From: Tubulanus polymorphus
Taxonomy: Eukaryota > Animalia > Nemertea
Assembly: GCF_964204645.1 (NCBI RefSeq)
Contig: NC_134029.1
Location: 21,694,950-21,758,949, forward strand
Direction of reading: 5' to 3'
DNA length: 64,000 bases
Below, one piece after another: positions 14,801 to 28,911 of this stretch. The stretch's first letter is position 1. Each line of letters starts with the position of its first letter. The position numbers and the translations under genes were made by a program. Under the pieces are notes generated by a model, which did no database searches, was not told the origin of the DNA, and saw only the letters and a program-made list of their open reading frames with translations.

Positions 14801-17800
14801 TAACCATCAAAGTCACAGGAATTCTGTGTTTTTAGGTCTCAATCAATTGATCTGTGTCATTTCATGGTAACACTATGTATACAAGTTTTTACCAAGAAAA
14901 TCTAATCAGTTAAGACAGATTTTGTCTACGGAACAACTACAACACGCGAGTACGTGCTCATCAGCTTGTTTCCAGGGAGAGGAATTTTTGCAAATTTATC
15001 AAACATAAGAAACGTCGATACTTTTGTATATATAGATTTTTTTCACTTAGTTGATATGTGCCATATGTGGGCATATATACTTTTTCCACATTGAAATTCC
15101 CTTCTTGTTCGTCCAGTGTTTTATTTACTTAAAACTAAACCTTTTTTTTAAGAAAAGAAAACTCATCTACAGTACGTATAGTTCATTTGAAATTCGACCT
15201 GAGGAAAGAATAAGATTCTAGCAAACGGCGTCTCTACCTCGCGAAAGACAATATATCCTAGATAAACCGGAAACCTGTTTTTGTGTATCTGTTTTAATCG
15301 CCATGTTTTTGACATTATTTCTTGTTTTGGTTGATGTAGTTTTGGAATGAAACATGACAGTCCTGTGAACGGATGCGAAGCTCCGTATGGTGAAAGGCAA
15401 CACGTCATGTCTCCTCAACTGATAGCTGATAACAGTCCTATGGCCTGGTCTAGTTGTAGTCGTGGGTCAATGACCAAATTCCTTGAGTAGGTTCTTAAAA
15501 CTCTGGTTTCCTCGCTTGTTGATATTAAGATATTCAGACGTATACATTGCGGTCCATTTTCTTGAGGTCACGTTACGTGTGTCACTGTATGTGGACATTT
15601 GCATTTTTTAGTCGAGACTGGGGATATTGTTTAGAGGATGAACCAGCAGATCATGATTTTAAATTTCCAATAGTTCCACCGGGAACTATGTACGATGCAG
15701 ACCATCAGTGTCGACTACAGTATGGAGCTGGAGCTAAACATTGTGATGGTATTGAGGTATGCTGTTCCAAACAACAAACTTTTTAAGAAATCTTAACCTA
15801 TTTGTACTTTGAACGTCAATTCCTCGCAACATCGAATATGGTGTCATTTCGAATTCAGTCTTTCTCTTCAATAAGCAAACTTTCTTGTACAATTTTCTCT
15901 ATATCTCTTTCTATTTGAATGAAATAGAACAAAGTTCAAAAAGTATTATCGGTAAGAATCGTGTTTTTCGGGTCCTTTTTAAGTTGTATTCATAGTCTGA
16001 TGGTAGTAAATTCCTTGCGCTCGAAAACAAATTTCAACATCCAACAGGCAGTTGCAGTAAACATCATTATTATCATTATTTTCATCATCATTATTGTTAC
16101 TGATTCTACCACAAAACGCTCCGTATTGATCTAGACTGTTTACACGAGATACTACATTATTTTCACAGTTAACGCTTGTTGGAACTGGAGTCACCTTAAC
16201 AACAAACATTTTGGTACAAACGTTTCCTTTACAATTTTTTTTATTCATTCTGATAAGGCAGACATAGTGCCATCGTACATTGTAATATCTTCAACATTCC
16301 CAAGCTCGCCGCTTATCAATGAATCAGTTACTTGTACGTACATCTTACTTTATTCTTGTCACAATGGAATTCAACCATCAGGCGATCATTTTTCTGTAGA
16401 ACAATCCCTAGTCTGGAGTGTGTATATTCTGATATTTTTAGTGACAAAAATGTTCATAACTTATGTAGGTAGAAATGATAATAATAACAGAAACCTTTCC
16501 CTCTCTGTAGACTGATATTGTTCATAATAGTGTATTTAGTGATTACTACATTCCACTATAATTGCCAACAATTTTAAGGCTTTCGTAAAATTACTTGGAG
16601 CACTTGGAAAAAAGGGAGGGTGAAGGGGAAAAATAAAAGAATAAAAAAGCGGGTAATGGGCGTTTCAAAATGGGAGGGAACAGGAAAAATCAAAATAAGA
16701 GTATTTTCCAATCTTGGAAGGACTGCAGAAAAAGAAATAAAAAAGGAGTGAAAATCGTGATGAATTTGATTTGAATGACGAGAGAAATGAAAAACTAACT
16801 TTTTGCAATTCGCGAGATTGAAAATCAAGATGGATATAACTTTTTCATGATAATAGCTAGATTGAAAATCACGACGAGCATAACAAAAAAATTGTGATGG
16901 AAACATGATAGCGGACTAAAAAAAAAATCTTTTTTCAATTTGATGATTTTCGGAGAATTCTGGGGACGGATCCGTGCTCCAAGTAATTCAAAAGATACGT
17001 AGTTTTTCTGTTCCCATCCGTCACCATCTCTTAGACCTGAAACCCATCATTGATTCATATTTTCAAAATATTTCACCAAACCATTGGCAAATTGTATAAT
17101 AATCTGAATAACCGTTGAATCGGAATGATGAATGTTGGAATGGATTCTGATTTCAGGAGGTTTGTACAACATTATGGTGTAAGGTAGATAATAAATGTAT
17201 GACTCGTTTAGAGGCTGCAGCTGAAGGCACAATATGTGGGGAAAACAGGGTAACTTTCAACTTTACATTTTCAAAATATATGTATGTATTTAATCTGTGC
17301 AAGGAATGTGTTACAAAGATATTCGTCTCCTTATCGCTGCAGTGGTGTTACGAAGGTGGCTGTTCTCTGATGGGTGAACGTCCTCAAGCAATTGACGGAG
17401 AATGGAGTGAATGGAGCGAATGGACTCCTTGTACTCGAACTTGCGGAGGTGGTGTTAAATTTGCTGAAAGACACTGTAATAATCCTCCGTAAGTCTACTG
17501 CATATCTACAGCTTTGGGAAATTTTTACACAAATGCACGAAACAGCTCAGATTACGTGATTGCCATGTTGATAAATTTACTATTTATATATTTCCTTTTT
17601 ATAGTCCGAGTTCTGGTGGAAAATATTGTCTTGGTGAAAGAAAGCGCTTCAAACTTTGTAATATTGAGGTATACATAAACTCGTATTTCAAGTCATGTTT
17701 ATACGTAAATGATTGTATTCCACTTCGTAATTTTGTTACTATTTCAGGCTTGCGATGAAAAAGACGTTAGTTTCAGGTTTCAGCAATGCCAGGAGTTTAA

Positions 17801-20800
17801 CACTATTCCGTATAAAGGGAGTCTATTTTCCTGGACGCCTGTATCCAGTCCAGGTTTGTAAAAACCTCAACCCATCTGAGAATGTGTTGTCATTTGTTGA
17901 AAAAAATCATATACGGATGCAATGATATCTGTTTTTGTAGCTACTCCATGTCAGCTTCATTGTAAGCCAACAAGCCGATTCTTTTCTGTAATGTTGAAAG
18001 ATATTGTAATTGATGGTACACCATGCAGACCTGGAAATCGAGACATGTGCATTAGTGGAAAATGCAAGGTCTGTAGGCCTACTTGATGCCGATATGAATT
18101 TTTTCCCAATTTCATCCAGTTATTCAGAATTTATCACATTTTACTCTTCAGCAAATTGGCTGTGATTGGAAAATACAATCGAATGCAAAAGAAGACAGAT
18201 GTGGCGTTTGTCATGGCGATGGATCTTCATGTACAACTGTTAAGAAAAAGTTTACCGAAAAACTTGGTTTAGGTAATTGACAATAAAGGGCAATGAGTGA
18301 AAATAATAATAGTGGCACCAAATAATAGTGGCAATGAGAATATTACCGTGTAACTTTTACTACTCTTGATATAGGTTATGTAGAAGCGACTGTTATACCA
18401 AAAGATGCCAGAAATATTCGAATTGAAGAAGTAGCCGAGGCTAATAACTATCTGGCATTAAGAAATGAAGATGGTAAATATTATCTGAATGGACATTGGT
18501 TCATACAGTGGAGTGGTGACTATGAAGCTGCTGGAACTATTGTTCATTATAAACGACAACGCAATAAAGAAAGTATGTTTGCAAGTGGACCTCTCAAGGA
18601 ACCTTTATATCTTATGGTAAATAAATCGGCCGGCATGTAATAGATAATCTGTTAAGAAGTTGTTTGTAAAATAAATTCACTAGAATTTGATAAGGACCTG
18701 ATTAGAATATTTTTCTACTATTTTAGTTACTGTTCCAGTCTCAAAATCCGGGAGTAACGTATGAATATACGGTACCTAATGAAAATACAACTGCTCGTAC
18801 TCCAGTATTTCACTGGAAATATACAGCCTGGAGCCATTGTTCAGTATCATGTGGTGGAGGTACGTGTAAACCCATCTGATCCAACGTCTTATTCGCTATT
18901 TTTGTACAATATCTTTCATAAAGCACTAACCTTTATATCATTTCAGGCACTAAGCGAAAGGGTGTGTTATGCTTGGAGTCAGAAGATGGAATTGTGGAAG
19001 AAAGATATTGCAATGCTTCACTAAAACCTGATGACTTATTGAAAACGTGTAATACCCATATCTGCCCTGCTCAGTAAGTCACCAGAAAGATGTTGATTGC
19101 ACATATTGATCAAGTAACCACTGCTTTCTTGATTGACCATCAATGTCCGTTATCATAATTCAGATGGTGGCATGGACCATGGCAGCATTGCTCAGTGACG
19201 TGTGGAGATGGCGGTACCCATCGACGATCTGTGATCTGTGTTAGAAGCCGAGGTCCAGATGAACAGATCGCTTTAGAAGATCATGAATGCGAAGGACTAC
19301 CAAAACCACCTGAGGAGGAACCATGTCATCATCACAGGAATTGTCCAAAAGCCGAATGGATCAGTGGCAAATGGACTGATGTAGGTTGCCCTGAACCATA
19401 GACTCTTAAACGAAGAATTCGTTTTCGAGTCCGCGCCCGTTCGTTACTACTTTAAATTTTGTATTACCAATACCGGCTATTCTTTTTTTTATATGAAGAC
19501 ATGTCATGGCGATCCCTGTGGTACGATGACACGAGATGTTTACTGTTCAGATCCAGATAGCGGTTGTGATATCTATACGAAACCGATGGAATCTAAACAA
19601 TGTAGTAATATCACGTGTGGAATCTGGAAAATTGGACATTGGTCAACGGTAAATGTCAGAATTTCAGGTGTAAAAGATCTAGTATGTATATATTGAAGGC
19701 TAAATAGGATAAAATAATAAAGCAATTTGTATTCATTTGTTATTGTAGTGCTCAAGTTCATGCGGAGAAGGGCTTCAGTTTAGAAGAGTTTTATGCGTAC
19801 AAGGGCAAAAATGTCCCCTTCGTAATAAGCCTGCTGACCATCGAATATGTGAAGTGGATTGCAGTACAACGACTTTCAAACCGTCAAAACCTACAACAAC
19901 TACAACAACAACAACCGCAGCTACTGTATTAACTACAAAACCTATGGTGGATCATTTACCAAAAGAGAGGGCCGCAACAATGAATCGGATTAAACCAAAA
20001 ATAACAGAAAATCATCGAAATAAAGATTATAATAATGATAATCGAATACATGAAGATTATGCACCGGAAGAGTTGGAGGAAAATGGATCCATTCGAAATG
20101 AAATTAAGAATAGTTTAGATTACGGGAAGGATATAAAGAATATGATTAACAAGGGTGAAATATCGAAGCAAGACCAAGACTTTTTCTTGAAAATCACTGG
20201 AAGTACACTCGCTGATGTTTATCGTAAAATGTCAGTTCCGACCACAAGGCACAGCACTGTTAGTACGACACGCTCAGTTTCACAGACAACGAAATCTCCA
20301 ATATCTCCTCATGAAGTCATTGCTGAAAATGAAATTCATGATTCCTATTTTACCGACCAGAAAAATGATGCTGGCATCGCTGGAAATATTGAAAATCACG
20401 TCAGTGGGAATAACATTAATTTGCATGAAAAATCCGTCGAAATTCATGATTCCGATGAAGATCTGAACGACGATGATTCTCTTGGTGCTATAGATATTCC
20501 AGTTTTGACTACAACCAGCAGGCAGCCGGTACTGAAGCCAAAAATAAGCTTGGATAAACATGATCCATATTCGTCGGTGCATTTTGAGAAGAAAATGGAT
20601 AATCGGAAGAAAAATAAAAAGACTGGCAATTCCCCAGCATCATTACCTTCAATGCAGACAAAAATTGCAATAAGAGACAACAAGAATGATATCAGTTCTG
20701 ATAAAGAATCAACGATGGTTAATTCTGAAGTTGATGGAAATGTACGACAAACTGTGATAACTGGTTCATCAGTTGCTTCTGCTGAAACTTCCAAGGATTT

Positions 20801-22300
20801 TATTCCACCTTCAGCTACAATCAGTAAAGTGCAAATCAGTCATTCTGACTCTAATTCGAAATCTTCACTAAAAACAGCATCCACTCTAAATACTACTAAA
20901 AAACATCGTGATAACGAAATAGACACTGCGATCATTGGAGGAACTGAGAATAAACGTTCACATTTCAAGTGGATGCCTTTATTCTGGAGTGAAGTAAGCT
21001 ATTATGTTTTTACGTATACCGTACTACGTATCATGATTTCTCTTAAAACTGGAAGAACACTAAGAAGTAGCTCAATTGAATAACACAATAATTTCATTAA
21101 TATTTAATATCTATATATTGCCAGTGTTCTAGTGTATGTGGCCCAGGAAAACGTAGAAGAAAGGTGGTTTGCATAGACGTTCTCAATACCAATGAAGTAT
21201 CAGATAAGCACTGTGAAAATGTGGAGAAATTGTCAGAGATTGAAGATTGTAGCAGGAAACCTTGCTTAAAATGGAGAGTAGCAGCTTGGTCTCAGGTAGA
21301 TTTGAATCTGGAACATCTATTTCGTGCGATATATCAGTGACTGTTAAAAGATATGAGCATTGACCAGTACTGCTACGAAGTAAATCATCAGATTACTGAC
21401 TTATTCTGTTTTGTAGTGTTCTACTAGTTGTGGACATGGAGTTCAACAACGTAGAGTGAAATGTTTAAAAGTGAATTTCTGTAATCCAGCTGATATACCC
21501 ATTACTCAGAGACCCTGTATATTATCACATTGCATAGTATGGATAGCTGGATCGTGGAGTGAGGTAAGAACTATATACCGGTATCTCATTTTAGAAGTTG
21601 TAACCTTCTCTATACTCATTTACACCCATCAAACCTTATGTCCAAATGTTTTTAGTGTTCCAGAACATGCGGAGGTGGCGTTCAAGCCAGGCATGTTCAA
21701 TGTGTCAATCAGACATCATATCAACCAGTTGAAGGTTGTCCTTTTCGAGACAAACCAGAAGATGAACGACACTGCAATACTGATGCATGTCCAAGACAGA
21801 ATGCTGGTAGGTACAGAAATTGTAAGCCATCTCAATCTCAGGGCCGTATAAAGTGGGGAAGGCAGTTGTCCCCCCAAAAATTTTGGAAAGGTGCGTTTTT
21901 GCAAATATTATTGTTATATCCAATAGAAATTTGTTATAGAATCCTTCACTTAGGACTGACAAGCATTTTGCTATGGGCCTAACATAGTTTTTGTAAGGGC
22001 GTATATGAAGAATTAATTTTTGGTGATTGCCCTTTTTAGGGTTTCTCTGCATTCAAATGCTAGGTACGGCCTTGAATCAGTAAAAACTGTTATGACTAAG
22101 GATCTATTATTTTCACTTCAGCATTAATGGATTGGAATCTAACGAATAAATGCGCCGTTGATAAAATGAGTCGACATGTTTGTCGAGTATTGAAACGATT
22201 TGGACAATGTAGAAAACGTTACGTGCAAGTGAAATGTTGTCGGACTTGTCGCAATGCAGATAAACGAAAACATCTAAACATACATGTCGTTACTGCATAA
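2801..22300 (+). CDS. ADAMTS7: ADAMTS7/12-like secreted metalloprotease, 25 coding exons
   Basis: In-frame GT-AG exons: 2801-2900, 3171-3556, 8014-8194, 10911-11116, 12826-12909, 13697-13821, 14008-14157, 15340-15486, 15612-15756, 17157-17249, 17343-17488, 17605-17668, 17748-17853, 17941-18068, 18152-18272, 18375-18616, 18727-18859, 18947-19073, 19164-19380, 19499-19648, 19749-20993, 21125-21295, 21417-21563, 21656-21806, 22122-22300. Contains signal peptide, prodomain (VAISTCDGL), furin site RRTKR|SVS, zinc motif HELGHNFGMKHD, disintegrin-like, TSR, Cys-rich and spacer domains, 8 TSRs in total, a Thr/Ser-rich mucin-like insert and a C-terminal PLAC (..KCCRTC). The mucin+PLAC layout points to the ADAMTS7/12 subfamily; one-to-one orthology is not resolvable. 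Confidence 0.92.
5394..5427. mobile_element. Perfect 20-bp palindrome with 7-bp near-TSD (P-like footprint)
   Basis: attttac|catagaactcgagttctatg|attttgc. Confidence 0.5.
16575..17001. mobile_element. MITE in ADAMTS intron 9
   Basis: Inverted repeat aattacttggagcac (16589) / gtgctccaagtaatt (16974). A related end (gtgctccaagtaattaaaaaagccta) occurs at ~43425-43450. Confidence 0.65.
21839..22074. mobile_element. hAT-like MITE in last ADAMTS intron
   Basis: TIR cagggccgta / tacggccttg (1 mismatch); no clean TSD. Confidence 0.45.
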
Positions 22301-23514
22301 TAGTCGAATAGTCGAAAAGAATATGACCTTAAATTCCATAAACCGTGCTGTATTAAGAACACTAGGTAACTGAATACAGCCGATTAATGTACTATTGCTC
22401 TTTTTCGGATAGCCCTGACGGGTTTTAATCTCACAGCTTAAGTATGCAGTAGGTATTGCTGATATTAAACGCATTTATTGTACATTAATTATTGTATGTG
22501 TGTACTTTGGGTGTTATATGGTGCTATTTGTACATGTATGTATTATTTTACCATATCTGATGTCGTCATATATAATATTTATTATTGAAGTCAATTGTGA
22601 TAGACAGATACATAGAATAAATCTCATACTTTGATTGAGTTGTCTGTAGTGCTGTAATCAGATGCTTAGAGCTATGATGCTTCTCGATATGTGATATAAT
22701 TTTAATTCAGTGCATTTTACGATATACCGGTAATAATGCGCAAATCAAATGAGTTTTTTTGATTAATGGAAGCTATTGTTTTCCCCGGCCGTCAACAAGT
22801 TCAATGTTGTAATCGATACCATCAAACTTGTTTAACCCGTGTACATATATAATTGAGTATGTTATTATTGTATTAAATCTTAGGAGTGATCATAATACAC
22901 TGAAACTCGTGAGATAACAGTAAAGTTTGATTGAATAAATGTTTTAAATTTTTATGTAAATTTTGTTGTGCATGTCTACTCCTTACTGTCCATACAAGGT
23001 ATGTTTCTTATCTATAAAACCAAATGCGTTAGCAGTTCCACCACTACAGCCAAGATTATCATTCATATTAAGTCACAAATGCCAGCTACAAGTCCTCTAT
23101 TGTCATCCAGTTTTATAGACTCGTATTAACTTGAACCTGGGGGGTTTAATTCGATTGAAAGTTAATTTCATCACCAGTACAACCTGACCGATCATCAGCA
23201 AAACTAAGGATTTGATTCCAATGAAGAAAATACAAACAACTGAAAAAATCATTAAACGCATAATTTCAACATTAACAAATGAACTTTATTCTACCGATCT
23301 CTATATACATACTCAGGAGCCATGACCGGACTACCCTATCTCACAGACAGGCTACACTTCAGTCCACTTAGATTCATTAAAATATTGGAAGAATCGCACA
23401 GACACTGACTTTCACGTGCTTGATGGAAAGACACCCAACATTCCTGACATTCTAACGCTATAACAGTTCACGTACTAATATCATTAAATAGAAATAATCA
23501 AATAGCGGTAGGTA

Positions 23515-24809
23515 TCAGGATTGTTTAGTTTTAGAGCGATCGTCTGTCGGTGATTCTTCTTCCTTCGTATTTGTGATTTCTTCGTCTATTCGTTCCTTCG
23601 CGCGTACAACCTACGAATTGACAAATAAAGATAAACTCAGTCTAAAATCACGCCTAAAATGATAACCTTTTGACAACATATTTCACCTTTGACTGGATGT
23701 ATAACGATCCGCCATTTTTCTTTTCATTCACATTAAATAAATGTTCGTATTTTTTCTGTAATTCTTCCGCATCTTGTATATCATCGATGTGCAGAATCTT
23801 TTTCGCCTCCTGAAATTATATTTAGCTCAAGTTGAATTTCAAACTCCATTTTTACGACAAAACATCTAGCCTATTGATTTAGTTGAAAATAGTTACGTCT
23901 AAACTGAGTCCGTGTAATGCATTACTGGCTTGTGAATTAGGGTCTTGTGAATTTCCCGCCGCGTTGCGCCTACTCGCTGCTGCTTGTTGGCTGTAGGTTA
24001 TTTCCTGTTTCAAAGCTCTAGTAAATGCACGACCTACCACTTGAGCGCCAAGTACGATGATCTGTGCGATATATTTAGCCTGAAATTGAAAATATCCGCA
24101 GATGATATGACTATTCCAGCAGGACAGCTATCTGGCCCAAGTCAGGAAAGGTGACTTTAACAGCAGTTAGAGTTAGAGACCAAGAAGGAATCATTCATTT
24201 ATACGTACGCATAAAATTTGAATTTTTCAACCCCCCTCCCCCCATTTACGCAAAATCGGCCATTTTTTTATATACATTAAGCATTACAGTACGCAATTGC
24301 ACTGACCCCTCCCCCTCCCCTAATGCGTACGTAATAAATGAATGACCCCAAATCAAGAATTACCCATTTGTATGGATCAGTAAAATTCTAAAGACAAATA
24401 GTACTTCAAAAGTTAACTTGATTATTTGAGGGAGCATTTGCTACTAAGATATAGTAGGTATGTACGCCCTCAATGAGGATAAAGAAATTTAGAGGACTAA
24501 TTTTTCAATTTATGTCATGAAGCTACTTATGCATTCACTGATTCGACACCAGGTCAACACGGCTACTCCGCGAATTAATTGTACAGGTAAAGCTAATTTC
24601 TGACTTGGGGCTGATAATACTAGATCAATAAAGACTTTAATAAAGTCAATAAATTGATATTATTGAATCGGATGTTACTCTTCGCTGTTTTCAACGTCAA
24701 CGATTGTTTTCAGAGGCCTCTGGATAAATCAGACACGATTTGTTATAGATAAGAACAAGTAACAAGTCATTCCACTCAATGATGATCGATCAAGATTTAT
24801 ATTTACCAT
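23515..24809 (-). CDS. PAM16: Mitochondrial import motor subunit PAM16 (Tim16/Magmas)
   Basis: Exons 24809-24807 (ATG|gtaaat, inferred), 24079-23897 ([31 protein letters not shown]), 23809-23687 ([30 protein letters not shown]), 23610-23515 ([11 protein letters not shown]). This is the recognisable PAM16 J-like domain. Confidence 0.95.
24186..24349. mobile_element. MITE in PAM16 intron 1
   Basis: TIR ggaatcattcatttatacgtacgca / tgcgtacgtaataaatgaatgacccc with internal C-rich tracts. Confidence 0.75.
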
Positions 24810-24849
24810 ATAAGAAGTATTTTATAACTAATTTACTGCGTAAAAGCGT

Positions 24850-24900
24850 GACCCGGAAATAAAATGAGCTAGTTCCTAAATTGATGGATAGATGGCGCCA
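24850..24900. promoter_or_regulatory. Probable PAM16 promoter motifs (ETS ccggaa, YY1-like agatggcg)
   Basis: ccggaaat at 24853 and agatggcgcc at 24890, just upstream of the inferred PAM16 ATG exon. Confidence 0.4.
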
Positions 24901-25556
24901 CTGAAAAAGCCGATTCGATTGTTCCCTTTCAGCTACACTATTAACAAATCTAACCACTGAATTTAATTTGAGATAAAGTTATCAATGAATCAAGTGATCT
25001 TTATTTCATAGATAAAAAGTCATATCGTGTATTTCTATTCATTCAGACTTGATATCGTAAAAAATGTAAATACTATGATGAACGTATAAACGGGAGAGCC
25101 CAATAAAATGTAACCCATCAAAAAACCAGGAAGTCAACCTCACCATGTTCAAAACCTACGAATCCCACCGAAATAACGATAAATACTCAATACGGTATGT
25201 ATTGCATCGTGCTTTAGATGTTTCTGTATCCAAAGAATGTCAAGGCTTTGAAAATATTTGAACCGAATGATTCTCCAGCCCGATTTAGTAAGTGAGTAAA
25301 CCTGGTCTCCTCGCTCGTCCTATTTCATCATCAGATTCAGAGCCTCTAAAAGAAAATTCAGAATTCAGAGAAAATTCAAAGAGCGATGTCGATATTTTAT
25401 GATGCATGGATGCTGAGAATTGAGATGTAATACTGGTTTACTCCTCTACCTTGTTCGTCCAATGTAATCATCGATGACGATGATGGTGATCAAACAGTGG
25501 CTGACGATACACAGGCTACACTACCCTTGATTATATGACCTGACTATGAACGTGAG

Positions 25557-25672
25557 GGTCTAACTGCAGTTTGGGTCACCTATCCACTGGGTGGCGCTAG
25601 TGTTATTAAAGAATAGTGTTATGGTAAGGTTGGGTACATAACCATTAGGGACACCTAAACTGCAGTCATACC
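25557..25672. mobile_element. Short MITE carrying a CTCF-like motif
   Basis: TIR ggtctaactgcagtttggg / cctaaactgcagtcatacc; internal ccactgggtggcgcta at 25584-25599. Confidence 0.65.
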
Positions 25673-28600
25673 AAAAACGATACCGCTAGGATAGAAACCT
25701 GCACCAGTGATTGTTTCCCTTCAATGGCTCTCTTAATCAGTATTTTCACATCAGCCAATCTCTGATAATAAAATCTTACCACCTAAAGATTAGGTAACAC
25801 TATTTTAGGCGCATATGGCTTTCTGTGAATGAAATCAATATTCTCTTCCTATTCAAGTGTTTTAACAATATGCGTTAATGATTCTTGTTTACATTGTTAG
25901 TTCCATATGTACCAGCACATCCACTCTACTCTTGCAATCTTATTGCTAGGCCTACCATCTAAGTGGCACATGTTGCTTCCAATGTGTTGCCTCATCTAAA
26001 AACTATTTTGCTTTCAGAGATTCAGAAAATTGATAATCTATACACATCTAAACATGGTCTGAAACCTCTTCTTTTCTGTAAAACGTATGGACTGAAGATC
26101 TACTGATTATTGTCATTAGGGGCTTACTGTACGCCAAATTCTGATAGATGAGTAAATTTCCATAGTCACCTCGATGCAACATGATGATGTTTTCTTCAGC
26201 GATCGAATGAGACAAGAGAACGTGACAAATATGGAGTATATCACAATTCATTCTGGAAATTATTTCACCCGTTTAGCCAGTTATCGTTCTAGACGTCTTG
26301 GCCTATTATTTAAAAGTACATTATCAAGGCTAGATATAAAAAGAGACACTTAAAAAACCTAATATCTAAACATGGTCTAGATTAATGGAAGCCCTAATTT
26401 AGTCGAAATTAGCGAGTCTTTGAAACCTATGATAATTATTCTATGAATTGCTTAGGTTTGTTTTTACCGAGACTTATTTGAACAGGTCTCTTATGGTTTT
26501 TGCATGCAGGCGTTTAAAATGACATACCCTGATAAGGGATAGACCTATATTTCCTTCAAAAATGCCTTTCATGTCCACGGCGCGCTTATTGGTCTAATTT
26601 GATAAATAGTCTTATCTCCGTACATTTCTGACCTTATAATGCTATGCAAATAGGGTATCTTGATTATTATCGATGATCTCGTGAATTTACTAAGCCTTGA
26701 ATGCATGAAACAAAGTACAGCTATGTAGGCCTATACTTTCAAGAATTCATGAAGACCATAATCTCACAGACTGTAGTCATGAATTAGATAGGCCTACTAT
26801 CTACCAGTATATTTCATAATGATGTACGGAGTGTTATGTTTTTCTTGGTGACATATCATAAAAAATTTACTTTTTTTCATTTAAACTAATAATATAATGT
26901 GCATTTTGATTACCTATATAAAACTATGAACTGGATTTAGGCTTAGACGTAGAGTAAGCTCAACATGCTGGTTGTATTAGTAGCGGCCAATTGCTATTCC
27001 AGGCGCGAAGCCAGGCTGTATTGCTTGTATTCCAAAATAGAGTGCTTATTGAAAAAAGTAGTGCCATTCCCCCTCCCGAAAGTGCCCTTTTGAATTTCTG
27101 TCATATTCTGTAGATTAACGAAAAGATTTAGCATCTTTAGAGTAACAGTTTATTGCAATATTTTCATCTAAATGATGTTACACTGGAATACGGTGGAAAA
27201 TGGCTGCAGGATCTGTCGACTCCTTGTATTTTAGATTTTTTAGAATCATCAATTGCTTGCATTGTACAGATATGTAGTAAAGAATCTTATATAATATAAT
27301 CAGCGTAAATTGCTTCATTTAAGAAAAATAGATTCTCTTTTCCTTCGAGTACGGTTGTGTGATTTCCATAATTTCCAGGGGTCAAATCTGAGTACTGTTC
27401 AAAGTGTCTCCCGAGTAGCTGGCCATAGGCCCGACGCCCCGGCAGTTGGGTTTGGGGGTCCTCCCCCAAAGAAACTTGAAATTTTAGTTGCTCTCAGACG
27501 CTATCTGAGCAATTTCAAAACAGGAACTACTACTAATAAGATAAAACCCACTTCGTACAAATTAAAAGAATTTTGAAATCGAGAATTTATTTTTCCAAAA
27601 AATTACTTGTATTAAAAGGAATTACTACTATTGAGAAAAAATCGGCAAACCGTAAGCCTCGAGTGCCTGTGGAGCAACGATTCACTACTATCAGTTAGGT
27701 AGCACGTGTACGACAAGTATCGAGAGACAAATATGATACGTGTTAAGTCACATGCAGCAGATCATTGACTATATTGAAAATATTGTGGGAAAATCTTGAT
27801 AGTGCTGCGAAAGTACATACTCGGTGAATTAGATAATATCACAGGTTTTTAAGCTATTGAACCGTCAAAAATGCACTAAATTAATGGGTAAGAACTTAAT
27901 TCATTCTCCATATTCAACAGATATGCCCATATAAGGATAGTTATGGGTATTCGACACTTTGTAAAAAAGAAAAACTAAAAAAGAAAAACCATATTCAGCA
28001 ATAATTGATGATTAATGAGCCTGAGTATTTTAGTGATTAGCAGGGTGATCCATACCAAATTTGCAGAAATAAAACTTCAAAAACAGCAATTTTGATTGTA
28101 TATTCAGCTCATTTTCGACAAAAATTTCATATTCGACGTTTCGCCGGAAAGCCAGCGATATGATGATGATTTTACAAAGATCTCGGAAATCTTAAATGAT
28201 TTTATTGATTTAACAACACCTGTGCATTTAACTTGAAAAGAATCGATTACCGCTAATCAATTTCTGATAATTGGCTTGTCCTAAAAATTATGCCACCAAT
28301 TGGGAAAATGACAGTTAAGAAAATTTACGTTCTTTCATTCGATTTCAGATTGTTGAATGGTGAAGATTGTCTCGATGGTAACAGCTGATAAACGGTGTTT
28401 GTAAAACGTTTGATAAGAGTCATGATTGGGAGAATATGTCGAATGTACGCATAATAATGTAATGTCACGTGTTCGTGTGACGTAAAATCTGGTGCTTAAA
28501 TGATATCTAGTCATAATATCAAGTGTTCCTTCTCGGCGCGGCTAAGCGGTGAAAAGTCGTCTTCCAAATCTAAAAAAATGTCTCTTCCGAAAATCCGAAT

Positions 28601-28911
28601 TGCTGGATAAACTACTTACTATCCAGTAGATGGATTATATGTATATAGATACTACTGTCGTCAATATCGGTGCGTTAACCAGAGTTGCTTTTATGGTCAG
28701 TGAACTTCATAGCGTCGAAAGATTTTACTATCGATGGGTTGTAAAAAATATTTCTAAAAAAAAAAGCTCAGTTGCAACGGTTTCACGTAACGACAGCTAG
28801 CCAATGATAATAACCGAACCGCCGCTGTGTCGCTATGATTTACATGTTCGATTCGATTAATACTCAGTTGTAAGCAGACGGTCGTCCCGACTCGGGGTCT
28901 CATCGATAGAA

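Noticed and set aside
20215-20794. Overlapping and antisense ORFs in the ADAMTS mucin exon
   Set aside because: Shadow ORFs of a real coding exon.
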